From: Amoeboradix gromovi X-113
Lineage: Eukaryota; Fungi; Sanchytriomycota
Length of the DNA stretch: 13,912 nt
Reading direction: 5' to 3'
NCBI GenBank assembly: GCA_018985225.1
Contig: JADGIF010000222.1
Span: 1-13,912 of the forward strand
The notes under the pieces were generated by a model, which searched no databases, had not been told where the DNA came from, and worked only from the letters and a program-made list of their open reading frames with translations. A program made the position numbers and the translations under genes. Numbering within the stretch: the stretch's first letter is position 1; every line of letters begins with the position of its first letter. Below are positions 8,399 to 13,912 of the stretch, piece after piece.

Positions 8399-8895
8399 TT
8401 TAAATTGATGAAAGAAACAATAGCAAGTTTGTCACAGTTGCGAGTCTACAAATAGCGGATGTTGAAGCAATGTAGATCCTGCAATCACAATTAACGGTTT
8501 ACTGAAATAAAACCAATCGCTGCATTTCTCGTAAAAATTCTTTAATAGAGAAATATTAAGGAATTAATGAAGCGCTGTTTGTAGCAAAACACGAAACAGC
8601 TACCAAAGATAAGGACAATTTGAAATAATTCGGAGATGAAATTTCATGTTTTGCCTTGTCCATGTCCACGTGTTTCCTGAAATTCACTAACCATATCAAA
8701 GCATTTTCTTTATCTTTGAAGTCAACAACCCAAGTATAACTGCAAATCAGTACGATGCTGACTCTTTTATTGAACCGCTATGACGAGTTTTGTAAGAACA
8801 CATTGACTCGGGCGTCAAGATTTGGAATAATTAAATTATTTTTATTTAATTACTTACTTCTGTAAGTTTAAACTAAACACGATCAAAATTGGTTG

Positions 8896-9027
8896 CTAAA
8901 CCCGTGAAGGTCGCGAATGCACTTTTTTAATGTGCATGCTAAGGTGTGGGATCGTCATGAACACACTCGCGCATATGGTGCAATGGAAAACAGGTCTTGT
9001 TTGCGAGTACTTGGTTTTCAACATCAT
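8896..9027 (-). CDS. Small C2H2 zinc-finger protein (43 aa), or the 3' part/relic of a two-finger gene
   Basis: MMLKTKYSQTRPVFHCTICASVFMTIPHLSMHIKKVHSRPSRV*: exact F-x-C-x2-C-x3-F-x5-L-x2-H-x4-H pattern. The frame is open upstream to 9150. Confidence 0.6.
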   Translation of the reverse strand: MMLKTKYSQTRPVFHCTICASVFMTIPHLSMHIKKVHSRPSRV

Positions 9028-10290
9028 AGTTTTCTTGTTTTGTTTTCGGGGGGCGATTGAATCTGGTTGTTTACGATGGGCATAAAATAGAGATGCATTT
9101 TCAAAAATTATTGGATTGAAAATCGATTCACTGTGTTTAAATGAGCGTGTCTAAAATATTAAAGCTTCATTTTTGTAATTAAATTAGCTTAAAATTTAGA
9201 ATTGGAATCCTTATGGTGCTGAAACTTGTGTTCCGCCTTATTTCCTAGATTGAAACCACATTATCATGACGAATTCCGGACATTATGCGCACTGCTTTAA
9301 CTTCTGTTGCTCAAATTAATAACTGCGGAAAGCTTAATCTACAGTTTGTTACTGTAACGCTCCTCATTTATAGTTTGGAACTGAATGTATCAAATTGGAC
9401 GACATTTATTCGCTTAACTAATAAACACTTCGTGTTTCCACACTATTTGAAATAACGAAATCGTAGAAACAAAAATCGATAAGGCAACAAGACATAAAAG
9501 CATAATTCTGAAGAAAATATTTTTCTCCGCCATTCCACAAATGTGCTGCTGCCTTATAAAGGAGAAAGTTATGTTGGTTCAAACTCGTTTCGAAACTTTT
9601 GAACGAAATTAAGATATGATTTGAAGTAGCATTTTTTAGGTTGTACGGCAAATGTTATTTCAAATCTAGAAATGCCGGGATTGTTCCGAGTTTTCGATCT
9701 TACCATATTTTGGTAGGGACTTTCAGGATCTCGAGGAGATCAAATGAGAAAGTTAGCTACAAACCAAACGGAAAAGGATAACAGAGGTAACACCTACCTT
9801 AAAATATGCTAAGCACTACAACGGATTCGAACATGAATATTATGAGAATGTTTCAATTAGTCTTAGGTGGTCACAGGGTATACTCAACTGTAAAAGAATC
9901 AGAAACATCGCAACCCAAATCCGCAAGCTATCGAATATCTGAGAAACTGTTAATGTCGAAGTTGGCAGAGTAGTAGCGATAGTATAGCTGTTTGCCTAAT
10001 CTTCTGGTGGTAAACTATAAGGGTACTTCTGAATAAATGGTTAATCTAATTTAAGATGAATCTCCCATTAACAGATACGAATTTTGGCTGTTTTAATAGT
10101 TCATCTTGAAATTAAGATTGATTTCTAAATCTGATTGCTCTATTATTAGAAAGTGATCATGCCACTGTTGCCAATATCAGTTTACCGTATGCTATTGCGG
10201 AAATTTAGTATTTTATCAATTTGTTGAATAAATTAATTTCATATCAAATATAATTTTAGAGCCAGAATTAACTGGAGATAGGAGGCAGAA

Positions 10291-10965
10291 ATGTTTAATC
10301 TCAAGCCTCCACCTAAATCACTGTTCACGAACGCATCAAAGATTCCGCCGTGTCCGCCAATATTTACCAAAAAAGGACCCATAATGATACAGGGCTGCTC
10401 TGTACCAAATCATACATTGTATATTCGAAATTTGCCAGAGAAGTTTGACGTTGGTGATTTGCAATCTCTATTCTCTAATTATGGAAACATACTGAAAATA
10501 TACAAAAGGAAAGGATTGAAATACAAACAACAGGCTTTTATAATATTTGAGGAAATTGAAGACGCCGAGATTGCAATAAGAGCATTACAAGGTTTCCCAC
10601 TGGGAAACCTTCCAATGGTTGTTCAATTTGCCAATAATAAGAGCAAACTGATTGCCGACAGATATGGCATAGAATGGACAAGAGGAACGAAGGTGGACAC
10701 GATCAAGACAAAACTGGATATTGAGATCGAAGAAGTCATACCGCCAAACTGTATCCTCTTTATGCCAAGCGTAAAGAATACTCATCAGGAACTTGAAACG
10801 GTGTTTTCTGGATTCGCTGGCTTTGAAAAGGTTCGTTACATTGCTGTAAAGCAAGTTGCGTTTATTGATTTTGACACTATACAGCGGGCAACTATTGCTA
10901 GAAGCAATGTAAACAACAAAGAGTACTTTGGACAAGTTTTTAAAGTGAATTACGCAAGACGCTAA
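10291..10965 (+). CDS. U1A/U2B'' (SNF family) snRNP protein with two RRM domains
   Basis: PNHTLYIRNL (RNP2), QAFIIF (RNP1), AIRALQGFPL...PMVVQFA..KS; second RRM PPNCILF...F..F.GF..VR.I......AFIDF...A..A......KVNYARR. U1A versus U2B'' cannot be resolved by eye. Confidence 0.88.
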   Translation: MFNLKPPPKSLFTNASKIPPCPPIFTKKGPIMIQGCSVPNHTLYIRNLPEKFDVGDLQSLFSNYGNILKIYKRKGLKYKQQAFIIFEEIEDAEIAIRALQGFPLGNLPMVVQFANNKSKLIADRYGIEWTRGTKVDTIKTKLDIEIEEVIPPNCILFMPSVKNTHQELETVFSGFAGFEKVRYIAVKQVAFIDFDTIQRATIARSNVNNKEYFGQVFKVNYARR

Positions 10966-11175
10966 TTTGGCAACTCTCTTAAATAAACAAAAAATCTTTG
11001 TTGATTTATTATAATAAACAGCAGTAAATGCTTGACAGCTAAATTTGTTTTGTTTACTACTGCCATCCACGACATCATCTCACTTAGCTTATCATTTGAA
11101 TCCTCAATAGCTTATTGGTATAAGCTTTATAGCATTGTGGACTCCTTTTAAGCACCGTGATAGCGTGACATAAGA

Positions 11176-12075
11176 ATGCTGAATTTCTTTCAAAAAATCT
11201 TGTTTCGCAAAATGGCATCAATTCAAAAGTTATTATTAAACTGGAATTGGAATTTATGTGCAGAGGAAAATAACACTCTAATATTCTTATGCCTCACAGT
11301 TACATTAACTACTCAATGCTTTAGTGTTTATGAATATTTTTACCAGCAAGAAAGAAGGCTGTTTAAAAACAAGCTCACCTATGCAGCAGTTCAGGGATGT
11401 ATTTTTATGTTAAGTATTGTAAATATGCTGGTGCTTGGATCTACTGACAGCTATCTGTTCAATCTCTCCAATGCTTTGTCTTTCTTATTTTTGATCTGGG
11501 CTAATTTCTGTATCTACTACGCATTTGCTCACTTGTTAGCTGTAGAGCCAAAATTTCAGTCTCTGCGTAAAACAGGCTTGATTATCTTGGGATTTTTGCT
11601 ACTTTTAAATACTGTACTGGTTGTAATCCTGGCAGTAATGCCAAGTGATCGCATTCAAAGAACCGAGGTATCTCTTCTATTTTTTCTTTATTTTTTCTTC
11701 GCATTTTACTGCAGTTACTTCCCATTCAAACAAATTAGAGCCTCCAAAGGAAATGAGGAGGCAGCCTTAGTATCAGCGGGTGTTTACTATCTGTCAATTG
11801 TAATTATATACAATATCATTGCAGTGGTACTAGTTGGAATGTCTAAAATAGATGGACCAATTTGCGAAACCGCAGTATATATGAGGCTCATGTCACCAGT
11901 TACCGCATACTTTGTCTATATTTGCCAGCATCCAGTGCCAACGTTTTTCAGATGGGCTATGCTGAAAAGTAAAGAAATTACCGACAAGAAGTCAGTATCA
12001 AGAAGAAAAACGGAAACATTCAGTGCCACAAGAAGAAACAGCCAAATCCGCTCTTCTCCGCTGATGAATCAATAA
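11176..12075 (+). CDS. Orphan seven-transmembrane (GPCR-like topology) protein; alternative start at ATG 11212
   Basis: Seven hydrophobic segments, followed by a basic, Ser/Thr-rich C-tail (KKSVSRRKTETFSATRRNSQIRSS). Stop TAA within AATAAA. Confidence 0.75.
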   Translation: MLNFFQKILFRKMASIQKLLLNWNWNLCAEENNTLIFLCLTVTLTTQCFSVYEYFYQQERRLFKNKLTYAAVQGCIFMLSIVNMLVLGSTDSYLFNLSNALSFLFLIWANFCIYYAFAHLLAVEPKFQSLRKTGLIILGFLLLLNTVLVVILAVMPSDRIQRTEVSLLFFLYFFFAFYCSYFPFKQIRASKGNEEAALVSAGVYYLSIVIIYNIIAVVLVGMSKIDGPICETAVYMRLMSPVTAYFVYICQHPVPTFFRWAMLKSKEITDKKSVSRRKTETFSATRRNSQIRSSPLMNQ

Positions 12076-12349
12076 ATATGTTTATTTTCAATGTTGTTTT
12101 GTTTTATGTTTTGGTATTCTATAGCTCTCATTTGTTAGTCCTTTCTTTTTTGTTTTCTTAATTGAAGAAATGGCTAGTCGTCCGAATGCAGCGAATAGAA
12201 CTACGCAGGTAACTGCATAAATCACCAAATTTGAAATCATCTGTTACAAATGTCGACGGTTTGAAGGCCACGACCACTATTTATTCTGAGTACACGCTCT
12301 GATTAATGATCTGCTTTTACTTCTTTTAATCATCTCTACTTTTGACATT

Positions 12350-13072
12350 ATGAAACAACCTAAACCCAAAATTAAAGTTGACCAAGACAGGAACTTCTAC
12401 AAAAGACAAGAAAATAAATTTGACAAGCTCGGTCTCAATTATTTGTCGGTATTTCATGACATGACGTCTACTAAAGCACCATCCTACGATCCAGATTTAA
12501 TGGAAAGATTTTTAGTGAAAATGCACCAGCATTTTGAAAATTTCAGTGACAAAAATGCAAGACACTTCTCAAAATTTCAACGCAAGACCCTGCTTTACTC
12601 TAGAACTGGGAAAACCATAAAAGACAAAAAACTAGTTGGTGAATATAACCTCTTTACCTACAATAATGTAAACCCTATAAAATTTGGAGAATTGATATCG
12701 GACAAAGAACTCAAGCTGGAATTAGACAAACCAATAAACCTTTATAAGATATTGGAGAGCGAATTTGATGTTTACTTGTTGGTTCCTGAAAAGTCCAATC
12801 CTGTAAATGATGTTTCTAATTACTATAACTCCGCTCTTTCTGATACTAAGGGCATGATATTAAGAGATACTGTAAGTGAAAAGTTTCCTAAAGCTTTTGC
12901 TGTTCCTGCAGAGTTTGTGATATATTCAGGTGAAATTAGGCTTCCTTTGCAAAACGCGTTGTTTTTGTTTGTTGCGGATATGTTCCAGTTTGATTTCAAC
13001 CCCAACTCAAGTACTTTCGAAGTGCAGTGCAGGAAACCTGTCCCTTTATTGCCCTTAGAAAACAATGTTTAA
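12350..13072 (+). CDS. Hypothetical protein (240 aa), no recognised domain
   Basis: Long ATG-TAA ORF in AT-rich DNA with a globular-protein-like composition and a basic N-terminus; AATAAA just downstream. Confidence 0.7.
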   Translation: MKQPKPKIKVDQDRNFYKRQENKFDKLGLNYLSVFHDMTSTKAPSYDPDLMERFLVKMHQHFENFSDKNARHFSKFQRKTLLYSRTGKTIKDKKLVGEYNLFTYNNVNPIKFGELISDKELKLELDKPINLYKILESEFDVYLLVPEKSNPVNDVSNYYNSALSDTKGMILRDTVSEKFPKAFAVPAEFVIYSGEIRLPLQNALFLFVADMFQFDFNPNSSTFEVQCRKPVPLLPLENNV

Positions 13073-13912
13073 ATTAAGCTCAATAAATACATATAATTCA
13101 GATAACGATTTAAGTTCATGGGATTGTAAGATTATGAAAATGTCAGTTTTATTTAGAATATTAACTCAAATTACTTTTATTTTCTGATTCTTGTAGATTT
13201 TATCTCTTTTGTATATAATCCAACTTCTCAAGTGCTTTTTCAGAGTGTACATTGTGATGATATTTAAGCAAATACGGCGAGGACAACTTCTTGCTGCAAG
13301 CTGTACATGTATATTCTGGCATTTTAACTGCTAAAATAGTGACGACGGTTTAAAAGTGTAGTTTCAGTTGATTGTACTTGAGGCCGATCCTCAAGGATTT
13401 CAAATTATATATACCTTGATAAAAAATTACAAGAGACTTTTAATTGCATTTTATGTTAGTTTTAATTATTTTAAGCTAGAATTTCTGTCATTTACAATTT
13501 CAAATTGATAGTTTTAGTTTCAATTGGCTCACTGACAATTCTATTTGCCTAGCTAATGCAGTAAGTGAGATCGTTGGGATGTGTATCTCCTTGTTGCTGC
13601 ATGGTCTCTGTGCATTGCGAAACAACTGTTTGTACATGCGTATGTCCCAGGATTCACTTTCTTCAAAATGTCACATCTTGTAAGGGTTGGACTGGTAAAG
13701 TCTTCATTAACTAAAGTAATAACTTTCTCCTTTCTTTATACTTTTACTCCATTATTAGGCCAGTCACTTTGTGTAAACTGCATTCTATTTTGCTGGATGA
13801 TAGGGTTTTGGGACAATTGCAAAGGCAAAATAAAAACGGGACATCAAACATAAAAACTGGACTAACTTTCTGCAACAATTTGGAACATTATTTCAGCTTT
13901 ATTAATTTTATG

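Noticed and set aside
8917-9008. Cluster of hairpins (ATGCAC/GTGCAT, GTGTG/CACAC, ACTCGC/GCGAGT) suggesting an ncRNA
   Set aside because: Stems are short, and the GC richness is explained by the C2H2 coding frame on the minus strand; no tRNA or snRNA motifs.
9418-9651. 77-aa - strand ORF as a live gene
   Set aside because: TTG start, in-frame stops upstream, no recognisable domain; counted only as a possible relic.
10585-11070. 161-aa - strand ORF
   Set aside because: Mostly antisense to the RRM gene; no motif.
11176-12075. Rhodopsin identity for the 7-TM protein
   Set aside because: No retinal-binding Lys or DxxxK motif in the seventh helix.
12823-13065. 80-aa - strand ORF
   Set aside because: Antisense to the 240-aa ORF.
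13377-13395. Perfect 7-bp hairpin CTTGAGG-ccgat-CCTCAAG
   Set aside because: An isolated short stem, expected by chance; bacterial-type terminators are not relevant here.
13581-13853. 90-aa + strand ORF and interrupted minus-strand frames
   Set aside because: Non-ATG start and no recognisable domain on either strand; cannot be supported.
1-13912. Alternative genetic code (TAA/TAG = Gln, as in some aphelids and ciliates) to explain the interrupted frames
   Set aside because: Conserved genes are uninterrupted under the standard code and terminate at TAA at the expected C-termini (PER1, U1A/U2B''); the relics also need frameshifts.

Overview
AT-rich, gene-dense, almost intron-free eukaryotic DNA, most consistent with a compact-genome flagellated (zoosporic) fungus or relative. 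The evidence is a fungal-type GT71, Per1, TTBK, an RIIa/ropporin-like protein and a plant-like LRR receptor; a sanchytrid-like origin is only a guess. There are eight well-supported genes: a GT71 mannosyltransferase-like protein with eroded catalytic motifs, an LRR receptor-like protein, an RIIa D/D-domain protein, Per1/PGAP3, tau-tubulin kinase, a U1A/U2B''-family RRM protein, an orphan 7-TM protein and a 240-aa orphan. The most interesting signal is a candidate 19-nt spliceosomal intron (GTAATAAGTACTAATTTAG, minus strand 6087-6069) in TTBK, whose removal opens a 48-aa C-terminal exon. The spacers between genes hold a 43-aa C2H2 zinc-finger ORF missed by the ORF track, two mutually similar HMG-box-like relics, other interrupted frames and a degenerate ~59-nt tandem repeat. 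No rRNA, tRNA, CRISPR or recognisable transposase was seen.
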